Below are positions 50,425 to 61,021 of a stretch of 64,000 nucleotides of DNA, piece after piece. Numbering within the stretch: position 1 is the first letter of the stretch; each line of letters begins with the position of its first letter. Source of the stretch: Takakia lepidozioides (lineage: Eukaryota > Plantae > Bryophyta); NCBI GenBank assembly GCA_030704615.1, contig CM060732.1, forward strand, positions 38,564,001 to 38,628,000, given 5' to 3'. The translations under genes were made by a program, and so were the position numbers. Below the pieces are notes generated by a model. The model was not told the DNA's origin and searched no databases. It saw nothing but the letters and a program-made list of their open reading frames with translations.

Positions 50425-50920
50425 AACTTCAGCTTCACAGCCTGGCCCCTCATTCGGCTGCATGACGTGAAGACTCCCATCTGTAGCGCGCAAAGAGAAG
50501 ACAGGGTACAGACCCTGCAATAGAGCCCCAAAGCATGCCATAGCTGCCCCGCCCAGGAATCCAACATCCATGAATACATGCAGCAGCAGGTCTCTCTGTA
50601 GCGGGTCTTGTTGCTGTGGATATTAACTTGGTGAAGGTAATTGCGAACGTATGTAGCTCACAAAAGAATGACAACTTTTCCACATACTGTGTCTCTTGGC
50701 CCTTTTCAGTCTCCGCAGTGCATCTCTGTACTCCGCATGTTAAGAATGTAGACTGCTGCTTCTGTTTCACAGGTGCAATGGCAGAATGCGCCGGCGCTCT
50801 ACTCAGCGCACGTTTGGAGGCCACAAGCGAGGTATTGTCTTCTCCTTGCGAGCAGCGGGCGGGAGGCCTCACATCATGCAGCAGATCATTCAAGGGCCAG
50901 GCTATGGAGCTGAAATGGGC
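50425..50920. repeat. Diverged ~85-bp inverted repeat between the head-to-head PPR genes
   Basis: 50425-50505 (ttcagct.ca.agcctggccc...gctgcatga.gtga..ctccc...gcaa.gagaagaca) matches the reverse complement of ~50835-50915. Confidence 0.75.
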
Positions 50921-52295
50921 ATCCATGCCCAGCCCGAGACTTATGCAGACTCCTTCCAGTCCTCCAGTAAAATCGAATCAAGGTATGGAGAAGAAACTGT
51001 TGCACTTTTGGGGAAATTGCATATGTCGAAGCAACGTAGGAAATAAATCCTTAGCAGCGACACTCCATTTGTTGTGGTGGAACAATGAGATCATACAACG
51101 GCTGTAGAGGAACTTGAGTATAATCGACGCTCCTGTCCCCGTCCATGAATCTCCTGGAACATTCGAAACTCCCAATATGTTTGCTCTCTTTCGATTTCTT
51201 ACATGAGAGAGGGAGAGAAATTTTGACTTGGATGGCTAGCTCGTGGCCTCAGGTAGTATGAGGTATCTTTTTGGCGGGAATTAGCCACCAGGTTGAGAGT
51301 TATGACAGGGTTTGTGCGTCGCAACGCCAGCCTTTGCTAGAAGTGTGGACCAAGAGGTGGGAGGATTCTGCTCACTTGTTTATATAGATGTGGCGCACAT
51401 TGCTGTGTGGCACATCTGAAGCAGTGCCAGCTTCAAGAGAGAAAGAGAGGTATGTGCTGTGAAAAATCCTGCACTTACGTTCCCCAATAAGACCCAGTCA
51501 ATCACCAGCTGTAAAAGGTCCGGAGATGTTTGATCGATGTTTGCCTGCAGGCCAAGCAGTAAACTTAGAACGGCTCTGGCAGGAGTACTTCTCATATCCT
51601 TCACAGTGGTGGGACAACAGGTTTGAGAAGGTGAGGCTATCTCCATTTAGGACTAGGAGAGTGTGAAGCAGGAGGTCACCTGATCATTTGGTGGATTGGA
51701 TTCTGTACAAAATTGCGTAAATCACTGAAATTTCTGCTTGTGTTTGCAGTAAAACAGCAAAAATTGTTACCAGACATGAAAGTAGGTTCTTTCCTGCTAT
51801 TTTAGAGGACTTTGGAGATTTAACGGTTGTAGCCTGGTCCAGACCAGCTGTAGTTGAAGAGATATGTAGGCTCAGCTGCCCACTCATGCTTTTCACAGAG
51901 AAATCCAAGATCACCAGACTTCCGACGTAAGCACACAAAGGATGTTCTTTGGGTTGAGAGTTGGTCAAATCCTCCTTGGGTGAAAGCAGAGCTAGCTTCC
52001 ATGATACAAGGCCGAGGTCAATCCGGTGGTGGTTCTACTGTCGATGAACACCAAGGAGCTCCAGGTCAAGAGTACAACTGGTATTTCTTTTGATAATCAA
52101 CAGTTTTAACTCAAATGGATAGAGTTGGTTCATTCAAAAAGCGAATGACTGCAGCAGTTTTGTATCCCTGTTAATATGTAGCAAAAGGGCATGTCCTCAT
52201 GTGCAAGCTCCTTCTTTGGAGTATTTAGGTGCTTTCATCAGTGACAATTGAGCTGAGTGTTTATAAGTGACTCCAAGAGTGTGGAGTCATGCAGG

Positions 52296-55133
52296 ATGGC
52301 AGGGTTAAATCAGGCCCAACTCTTTGTTGAGAAGCAGACTGGTAGCAGCTCCCGCATAACCAGTGCCTTCGAAAGAGGACCAAGAGAGGGAATCAATAAG
52401 AACCCTTTTGACACTACTGGGGATGTTAAGACACTATGTAAGGTAGGGCGATTGAAAGAGGCGTTGCACATTTTGAAGCAACCTGGCACTCAAGCTGACT
52501 CCCATACTTATATATGTCTCTTGAAGGAATGCATCAACATGAAAGACCTGGCAGAGGGGAAGCAAGTGCATGCTCACATTATCCAAAGTGGATTCAAGCC
52601 GAACATCTTTCTCCTCAACACGCTTGTCAACATGTATACCAAGTGTGGTAGCATGCAGGATGCTCGCCGAGTATTTGACAAATTGCCTGAACGAGATATG
52701 TTTACATGGACTATGATGATGGCAGGATATTCCAAGCATGGGCGCGCTGAAGAGTCTCTCAAAATTTATGAGCGCATGCGATGGGAAGGGTTGACACCTG
52801 ACAGGGTCACATTCATTTGTGTTCTCAACGCATGTGCCAGCATAGGAGCCCTGGAAAAGGGCAAAGAGGTCCATGCTGACATAATTAAAGCTGGAATTCC
52901 ATCGTATGTTAATTTGGACAATACCCTTGTGGACATGTATGCCAAATGTGGGAATATAGAGGGTGCACGTGAAGTATTCAACAACATCAGTCAACGAAAT
53001 GTGGTCTCATGGAATGCCATGATTGCAGGATATGCTCAGCATGGGTTTGGTAGGGAAGCCTTAAATCTATATGAACAAATGCATCGGGAAGGGGTAACGG
53101 CGGACAGGATCACATTCATTTGCATTTTGAATGCATGTGCAAGCTTAGGAGCCCTGGAAAAGGGTAAAGCTGTCCAGGCCGACATGATCAAAGCTGGAAT
53201 TGTGACATATGTTAATTTGGACAATACCCTTATTGATATGTATGCCAAATGCGGGAGCATAACCGATGCACGTGGAGTGTTTGACAACATGGCTAAACGA
53301 GATGTGGTGTCATGGAACACCATTATTTCAGGGTATGCCCAGTGTGGGTATGCTAGGGAGGCTTGCAAGCTCTATGGTCACATGCAACAGGAAGGAGTAA
53401 CCGCCGACACAGTGACATTCAATTGCATTCTTAATGCATGTACCAGCCTCGGAGACCTGCAGAAGGGCAAGCATGTCCATGGTGACATCATCAAAGCTGG
53501 GTTGGCATCAGAGGTGAACTTGGAGACTGCTCTCGTTGACATGTATGCCAAATGCAGGAGCATAAGGGATGCACGTCAAGTATTTGACAACATGAGCAAA
53601 CGAAATGTGGTGTCATGGAACGCCATGATCACAGGATATGCCCAGTGTGGATGTGGAGGGCAGGCTTTTGAGATTTATGAACAAATGCACCAGGAGGAGG
53701 TGACACCAGACACAGTTACTTTCATTTGCGCCCTGAAAGCATGTGCCAGCCAAGGAGCCCTGGAAAATGGCCAGAAGGTCCATGCTGACATCATCAAAGC
53801 TGAAATTGCATCCGATATTATTTTGGAGACTGCCCTGGTTGACATGTATGCCAAATGTGACAGTATAAAGGATGCATTCAAAGTATTTGATAATATGGCT
53901 AAACGAGACGTAGTCTCATGGAGTGCAATGATCACAGGTTATGCCCAACATGGGTGTGGTTCAGAGGCTTTCAAAATCTATGAGCGAATGCAACACGAAG
54001 AGGTGATCCCTGACAGGGTGACATTCATTTCTGTTCTCAATGCATGTGCCATTCTAGGAGCCTTAGACAAGGGAAAGCAAATCCATGCTGACATAATTAA
54101 AACTGGGATTGTGTTAGATGTTAAACTGGAGACTGCTCTTGTTGACATGTATGCTAAATGTGGGAGCATTAAAGATGGGCATCTAGTGTTTGACAATATG
54201 GCTAAACGGGACTCGGTCACATGGAGTGCGATGATAGCTGGATGTGCCCAGCATGGGAATGGTAGGGAGGCCCTCCAACTATTTAATCAAATGCAGCAGG
54301 AAGGAGTTAAGCCAACGTGTGTCACCTTTATATCTGTTCTCTCTGCGTGTAGGCATGTGGGCCTAGTGGATGAAGGCCGACACTACTTTGATTCCATGAC
54401 TCGAGATCATGGCCTCACACCTACAATGGAACATTTTGGCTGCATGGTTGACCTTCTTGGCCGTGCAGGGCAATTGGATGAAGCAGAGGATATCATTAAC
54501 AAAATGCCAACTGAAGCAGAGGCTTCTGTGTGGGGAGCCTTGCTATTAGCCTGCAGAATTCATGGCCGTGTGAAACTAGCAGAACATGCCGCAAAATCCA
54601 TGCTAAAGTGTGATCCACAGCACCCCGCTGCTTATGTGCTGCTATCCAACATCTACGCCGATGCTGGAAGGTGGGATGATAAAGCAAAGGTGAGGAAAAT
54701 GGAGGACAGAGGCGTCAGAAAAGAACCAGGCCACAGTTGCATTGAGGTCAACAGCCATGTGCATACATTTGTTGCTGAAGACAACTCACATCCTCAAATT
54801 GAGGAAATTCATGCTGAGTTGAAAAAATTGTCTGTGCAGATGAAGGAGGCTGGGTATGTTCCTGACATGAGCTTTGTTCTGCATGATGTTGAGGAGGAGG
54901 AAAAAGAACGTTCTCTTTCCTACCATAGTGAGAAGCTGGCCATTGCTTTTGGTCTCATCAGGACGGACCCTGGGATGTCTATCCGAGTGATCAAGAACCT
55001 TCGGGTTTGTGGTGACTGCCATACCGCCACCAAGTTCATCTCAAAGATTGTTGGGCGAGCAGTTCTTATACGGGATTCCACCCGTTTTCACCACTTCCAG
55101 GATGGGGTTTGCTCTTGTGGGGATTACTGGTGA
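52296..55133 (+). CDS. PLS-DYW PPR protein (C-to-U organellar RNA editing factor), 945 aa from MAGLNQ
   Basis: PLS array, E domains, PG box [19 protein letters not shown], and terminal CSCGDYW. Confidence 0.95.
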   Translation: MAGLNQAQLFVEKQTGSSSRITSAFERGPREGINKNPFDTTGDVKTLCKVGRLKEALHILKQPGTQADSHTYICLLKECINMKDLAEGKQVHAHIIQSGFKPNIFLLNTLVNMYTKCGSMQDARRVFDKLPERDMFTWTMMMAGYSKHGRAEESLKIYERMRWEGLTPDRVTFICVLNACASIGALEKGKEVHADIIKAGIPSYVNLDNTLVDMYAKCGNIEGAREVFNNISQRNVVSWNAMIAGYAQHGFGREALNLYEQMHREGVTADRITFICILNACASLGALEKGKAVQADMIKAGIVTYVNLDNTLIDMYAKCGSITDARGVFDNMAKRDVVSWNTIISGYAQCGYAREACKLYGHMQQEGVTADTVTFNCILNACTSLGDLQKGKHVHGDIIKAGLASEVNLETALVDMYAKCRSIRDARQVFDNMSKRNVVSWNAMITGYAQCGCGGQAFEIYEQMHQEEVTPDTVTFICALKACASQGALENGQKVHADIIKAEIASDIILETALVDMYAKCDSIKDAFKVFDNMAKRDVVSWSAMITGYAQHGCGSEAFKIYERMQHEEVIPDRVTFISVLNACAILGALDKGKQIHADIIKTGIVLDVKLETALVDMYAKCGSIKDGHLVFDNMAKRDSVTWSAMIAGCAQHGNGREALQLFNQMQQEGVKPTCVTFISVLSACRHVGLVDEGRHYFDSMTRDHGLTPTMEHFGCMVDLLGRAGQLDEAEDIINKMPTEAEASVWGALLLACRIHGRVKLAEHAAKSMLKCDPQHPAAYVLLSNIYADAGRWDDKAKVRKMEDRGVRKEPGHSCIEVNSHVHTFVAEDNSHPQIEEIHAELKKLSVQMKEAGYVPDMSFVLHDVEEEEKERSLSYHSEKLAIAFGLIRTDPGMSIRVIKNLRVCGDCHTATKFISKIVGRAVLIRDSTRFHHFQDGVCSCGDYW

Positions 55134-56399
55134 AACAAGCAACATGCATGAAAGAGGTCGATTGTTCAAAATGAGGGATATCTTGTCATCATTCTTGTAT
55201 ATTCAAAGAAACAATGTGTAGCATCGAATGTGCCCATCAGTACCACACATTCTCTGGGCTGCCCGTGGTGATGATAATGTCATGAATGATCATCAAACAG
55301 CAGCAGTGAAGCCAAGGAACCTTGTGCTAAGAAAGTTTCGACAGATTATCCGAGTAATTTGGCATGAAGAAAGTCCTTCAGTTTTCAACCGAAGAGGGTT
55401 GAACAAGGAGGGGGGCTCCAGAGGAGTGGGAGCTCAAGGATGACTCAGGGCAGCTACAATGTCTCCATGCATACCGGCACCTTTTTCTTCTTGTTGCTGC
55501 AGAGGAGATTTTTGCATATTTATAACTCATGATCGGGCATTTCATCTACAGGTTTCTCCAAGAAACAAAATTAGCTGTCAGTTCAAGACCACGGGCTCGG
55601 ATATATCCCACGGTCCAACATAGTGTCTATATCAACAGAGAATACATCTGAAAACCATCCTTGCTACAAATTTTACAATGACCCCACCTCAATGAAGGAG
55701 ACATGTTACAATGGCACCAAACATTAACGGTACACGGGCAATTCTTTCCTTGCCATCTCATTTGAACTAAAGCCGACAGTTGATTGTGGGTGACTGTGGT
55801 TGAGCTCAACTATTTTCAATAATCGTAGAACCCTGGCTAACCCATCCCAACTGCTGAGGCTACATGGCTACTATCATTTGTCTTGAAACCTAAGCAAGTC
55901 GACCCCGGCCGACGTAGCATAACCTCTAGGCCAAGTTTGAATCAAAATACCACATTCAGAAACGTTTCCTGGATGTATTTGTCACGAAGAACTGGGAGCT
56001 CAAGTCTTTTGTGATTACACTCTCCGGTTAGATGGCTCACAACCACCTGCCCGATGCTCCCTTTCATCCAAAGAAAATCACCCTCCACTGTACAGTCTTC
56101 CTTTGAGGACACCAGGCTTAATCCTTTAGTGGTGTAACTTTTCACCCCTCCCAACTTCAGGCTTTTCTTCCTGCCTACTCTTCCTTGCAATCTGTTGATG
56201 ACTCTCTGCAGGTATTCCTTGATTTGACTGCTGCTCGTGGACATACTCTAATCATAACCATGACCAGGGGCAAGTCCTGGATACTGCAGTATGATTCTTT
56301 GCATTAAAAGAAACCAGTAATTTCAAAGTGCTAACAAAATATGACCTGTCCATGGTAACACTTGATGACACACAATTTGCTTCAAGGATGCTGCTTGTT

Positions 56400-59246
56400 T
56401 CACCAATAATCCCCACAAGAACACACCCCATCTTCGAAGTGGTGAAAGCGGTCTGCATCTCGTATGACTATTGCACGTCTAACAATCTTGGAGATGAACT
56501 TGGTGGCAGTATGGCAGTCGCCACATACCCGAACGTTCGTAATGATGCGGATAGGTGTCCCAGGGGGCGTGCTGATCAGACCAAAAGCAATGGCCAGCTT
56601 CTCACTATGGTGGAAAAGAGAGATTTCCTTCTGCACCTCCTCCACGTCATTCAGCACAAAGTGTGTATCAGGCACGTACCCAATGTCAGCCATAAGCCCA
56701 GACAATCTCTTTAGTTCAGTGCTGATTTCCTCGATTTGTGGATGCAATTTGTCTTCTACCACAAATATGTGCACCTGGTTGTCGATTTCGATGCAGCTGC
56801 TTTCCGGCTCCTTTCTAACACCTCTATCCTCCATCATTTTTCTCACATTTGCATTGGCATCCCACCTGCCAGTGGCAGCATAGATGTTAGATAGTAGCAT
56901 GTAAGTTGCAGTATGCTGGGGATCCAACTTGAGCAGGCATTTTGCTGCACGTCCGGCTCGCTTCACATCGCCATGAATTCTACAGGCGCCAAGCAAGGCC
57001 CCCCACACCGATGCACCTGGTATGATTGACATTTTGTTAATGAAGTCCTCTGCCTCATCCAATTGCCCTGCACGGCCAAGCAGGTCCACCATACAACCAA
57101 TATGCTCCATTGTATGAGTAAGTCCGTGATCTCGATTCATGGCATCAAAGTAGTGGCGACCTTCAGCCACTAGGCCTGCATGGCTACATGCAGAGAGCAG
57201 AGATATAAATGTGACACCATCTGGCTTCAAGCCTTCCCAATGCATTTGTTCAAATAATTGCAGGGCTTCTCTACCACAGCCATGCTGACCATACCCCGCA
57301 ATCATTGCATTCCATGAGACCACACTGTGTTGAGACATATTGTTGAACACTTCGCGTGCATCCTTCACACTTCCGCATTTGGCGTACATATCAACAAGGG
57401 TGTTCGCCAGAAGGATATCTAGCACAAATTCCCCTTTTCTGATGTCATCATGAACCTCTTTGCCCTTTTCTAGGGCCCCTAGGCTAGCACATGCATTGAG
57501 AATACAAATGAACGTGACATTGTCGGGCCTGACCCCTCTCCATATCATTTGTTCATACATCTTGATAGCCTCCCTACCAGAGCCATGTTGAACATATCCT
57601 GAGACCATTGCATTCCATGAGACCACATCTTGTTGAGCCATATTGTTGAACAAACGACGAGCATCCTTAAGGTTTCCGCATTTGGCGTACATGTCAACAA
57701 GGGCATTCTCAAGAATGAGATCTGGCACAATTTCACTTTTGCTGATGTCAACGTGGACCTCCTTGCCCTTTTCCATGGCTCCTAGGCTGGCACATGCACT
57801 GAGAATGCAAGTGAAAGTGACCCTGTCTGGCAATACCCGTTTGCGTTGCATTTTCTCATAGATCTGGAAAGCTTCCCTACCACAGCCAAGCTGGGAATAA
57901 CCGGCAATCATCGTATTCCATGAGACCAAATCTTGTTTAGCCATATTGTCGAACACTTGATGTGCATCTTTTATGCTCCCACATTTGGCATACATGCCAA
58001 TAAGAGTATTTTGCAGAATGATATCTGGTGTAATTCCGCTTTCACTAATGTCAGCATGGACCTCTTTGCCCTTTTCCAGGGCTCCTACACTGGTGCACAC
58101 ATTGAGAACACAATTGAATGTGACTTTGTCAGGCATAACCCCTTCCTGTATCATTTGCTCATAGATCTTGAGTGCCTCTCTACTACAGCCATGCTGAGCA
58201 TACCCAGCAATCATGGCATTCCATGAGACCACATCCTGTTTGGCCATATTGTCAAACACTTGATGTGCATCCTCCATGTTTCCACATTTCGCATACATAT
58301 CAGCAAGTGCAGTCTCCAGAATAACATCTGGCACAATTCCAGCTTTGATGATATCGGCATGTACCTGTTTGCCCTTCTCCAGGTTACCAATGCTGGCACA
58401 CGAATTGAGAATGCAGATGAATGTGATCCTGTTAGGTGTCACCCCCTCCTGTATCATTTGCTCATAGATCTTGAAAGCCTCCCTGCCACACCCATGCTGT
58501 CCATATCCTGTGATCATCACGTTCCATGACACCACATTCCGCTCGGCCATCTTGTCGAACACTTGACGTGCATCCTTCATACTCCTGCATTTGGCATACA
58601 TGTCAGCAAGGGCAGTTTCCAGACTGACATCTGGCGCAACTCCAGCTTTGGTGATATCAGCATGGACATCTTTGCCCTTCTCCAGGGCTCCTAGGCCGGC
58701 GCATGCATTGAGAATGCAAATGAATGTCACCCTATTGGGCGTCACCCCTTCCTGTTGCATTTGCTCATAGATCTTCAAGGCCTCTCTACCACCCCCCTGC
58801 TTTGCATATCCTGCTATCATCATATTCCATGTAAACATATCTCGTTCAGGCATTTTGTTGAACACTAGGCGTGCATTCACCACGCTCCCACATTTGGCAT
58901 ACATGTTTACAAGGGTGTTAAGTAGAAAGATATTTGGCTTACATTCAGTTTGGATAATGTGGGCATGGACCTGCTTTCCCTCTGCTAGGCCCTTCACGTT
59001 GATGCACTCTTGCAAGAGACTCACATACGTCTTGGAGTCTGCCTGAATGCCTTGCTGGTTCAAAATGTGCAGCGCATCTTTCAGTCTTCCAGCCTTACAC
59101 AAAGTCTTTACATCCCCACGAATACTCAAAGAGTTATTCTTTGCTTCCTTTCTTGCTGCTCTCTCAACAGTGGTGGTGATGGTGGAAATGCCACCCCTTC
59201 CGACAAAGTAACGATGAAGAGACTGGATCTGATTCAACCAAGCCAT
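56400..59246 (-). CDS. PLS-DYW PPR protein (C-to-U organellar RNA editing factor), 948 aa
   Basis: PLS array, E domains, altered PG box PESSCIEI, HSEKLA, CGDCH, and terminal CSCGDYW. Confidence 0.95.
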   Translation of the reverse strand: MAWLNQIQSLHRYFVGRGGISTITTTVERAARKEAKNNSLSIRGDVKTLCKAGRLKDALHILNQQGIQADSKTYVSLLQECINVKGLAEGKQVHAHIIQTECKPNIFLLNTLVNMYAKCGSVVNARLVFNKMPERDMFTWNMMIAGYAKQGGGREALKIYEQMQQEGVTPNRVTFICILNACAGLGALEKGKDVHADITKAGVAPDVSLETALADMYAKCRSMKDARQVFDKMAERNVVSWNVMITGYGQHGCGREAFKIYEQMIQEGVTPNRITFICILNSCASIGNLEKGKQVHADIIKAGIVPDVILETALADMYAKCGNMEDAHQVFDNMAKQDVVSWNAMIAGYAQHGCSREALKIYEQMIQEGVMPDKVTFNCVLNVCTSVGALEKGKEVHADISESGITPDIILQNTLIGMYAKCGSIKDAHQVFDNMAKQDLVSWNTMIAGYSQLGCGREAFQIYEKMQRKRVLPDRVTFTCILSACASLGAMEKGKEVHVDISKSEIVPDLILENALVDMYAKCGNLKDARRLFNNMAQQDVVSWNAMVSGYVQHGSGREAIKMYEQMIWRGVRPDNVTFICILNACASLGALEKGKEVHDDIRKGEFVLDILLANTLVDMYAKCGSVKDAREVFNNMSQHSVVSWNAMIAGYGQHGCGREALQLFEQMHWEGLKPDGVTFISLLSACSHAGLVAEGRHYFDAMNRDHGLTHTMEHIGCMVDLLGRAGQLDEAEDFINKMSIIPGASVWGALLGACRIHGDVKRAGRAAKCLLKLDPQHTATYMLLSNIYAATGRWDANANVRKMMEDRGVRKEPESSCIEIDNQVHIFVVEDKLHPQIEEISTELKRLSGLMADIGYVPDTHFVLNDVEEVQKEISLFHHSEKLAIAFGLISTPPGTPIRIITNVRVCGDCHTATKFISKIVRRAIVIRDADRFHHFEDGVCSCGDYW

Positions 59247-61021
59247 TCTGCATGACTGGAAACTCTTGGTAACAGACCTATAGAGTTGTAATATATATCA
59301 AAGCTCCTCGGTACTTTACGAACCTGTTCACGGCTACATGTTCACAAGTCACAAAACTGCTGCAGTCATCTAGTTTGAGAATAAACAGGGTAACTTGTGT
59401 TTTCGTTCGATCCCTGAAGCATCATAAAGAAATAACCCATTGTATTCTCAGCCTGGAACTCCATTGCATCCTTTGTCATTAGAACCATCACAAGATTTGT
59501 CTCGAACTTGTATCATAGCAGCTCACTCTGCATTACACTGAAGGAGGCTTCAAACAAAAAATCCAATCCAAACAACCTCTTTAGAGCACATCTGTCTAAG
59601 GCCTGCTGATCTTGGACTTTGCTATGGAAACAAACAGTGGGCAGTTGAGCAGCAACACCCTCACATAGACTTGGAAGCAACCACCAATTGATCTCCAAGT
59701 ATCTTTCAAATACAGTATCCAACCTACTGATACTAACAGTAAGAACCACTAGCATTGCTTCAAACAATATGCCACAGCATTGTCCTAGCAACTTTCGATC
59801 CTATTGTGAATCAACAGTCGACTGATCCAAAAGTAAGAGCCAATATGGCAGGTGTTACAGAGAAACATCCTTTTGTCATAGTAACTGAACCCATGGTCTA
59901 GTCTCCAAATATACTTCAACACTGTACCAGCTTCCCTCAGAAATAATTTTCGTGCTTGGACTAAAACAGTTGGGTAACAAAAGAGCCTCACCCTCTCAAA
60001 CCCAATTGCCCCAATTGCCCGCCACTGCGAAAGCTGTTCTGCGCTGATTGCTGGGCCTGCAAGCAAACATCACACATAGACTTCTAGCAGTGCCTAATTG
60101 CCAAGTCTTATTCAGGAACGTAATGCAGGTTTTCGATAAAAGGACTCTCTCTCATTCACGCAACTCAACGGTCGGTAATAGCCCTGATGACTTGGACATA
60201 CGCAATTGGTACAACAATATGGCCATTTGTGAAAATTGCAGTGAGCACATAAAATGTGGAGACACTCTGACAATTGAGTCCCTCAACCTTGGTAGGCGAT
60301 TCAAGGGATACACTCTTACTGGAGAGTAAGAGTGTCTCCCTTGAAGAGAGGTCTGAAATGGTGAGCCTAATACGGAGCTGATGGAAGGAGGACAAGATTG
60401 CATGAACTTAAAATAGAGAGGTTGGATAAAGGACCTCAATCTCGCCGAAAGACCCAAAAATGGAACGAGTTGCATGTCTATCTTTCTTCCGTTTCCCTGA
60501 AAGGGTGTTAGGCCGGACCTGGCCAACACCCATTTCCGCTCCACAATCTGGCGCATTAATCTGCTGCATTGTGTGAAATCTCCCGCCAATTCTTGCATGG
60601 AGAAGACAGGGCCTTCGATGTAGACTGCACCTTCTTTCCCAGGAGAGCAGCGGACCACGCTGCCGTCCCTGTGAACTGTTAGAGAGTGCATTGAAATCCT
60701 CTGACTAGCTCGTGACACTTTAGCACATTTACCGTACAGTGATTGGTCTCGAAGTTGAAGTGGGTCATTGATCAAAATGAGGTTATTGCATCTCCAAGAA
60801 CAGTCATCGACCCTTCTTCCTTCTCGTCGCTCATAAAGCGCTACCGAGCTTGATTGTCCCTTGTATCTACACAGACTTCTACAGTTCTAGGATTTGCGCT
60901 CTTGGTGGGTTTTGGGGATCTCGTTTGGCCCCTCGTATTCGCTGGTTTCCACTTTGTTTTCGTTTCTTCACTTAGGTCCAGGGCGAGGGCGAGGGCGAGG
61001 GCGAGGGATACATTCACGATC

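Noticed and set aside
55942-56244. 100-aa ORF between the convergent DYW genes, faintly L1-like
   Set aside because: The similarity is too weak to call.
54700-56850. U-to-C (KP-type) DYW variants
   Set aside because: Both domains have canonical HSEKLA, CGDCH and terminal DYW, consistent with ordinary C-to-U type.
40600-59050. Many short antisense ORFs ([10 protein letters not shown]...) over the PPR genes
   Set aside because: Reverse-frame shadows of the PPR repeats.
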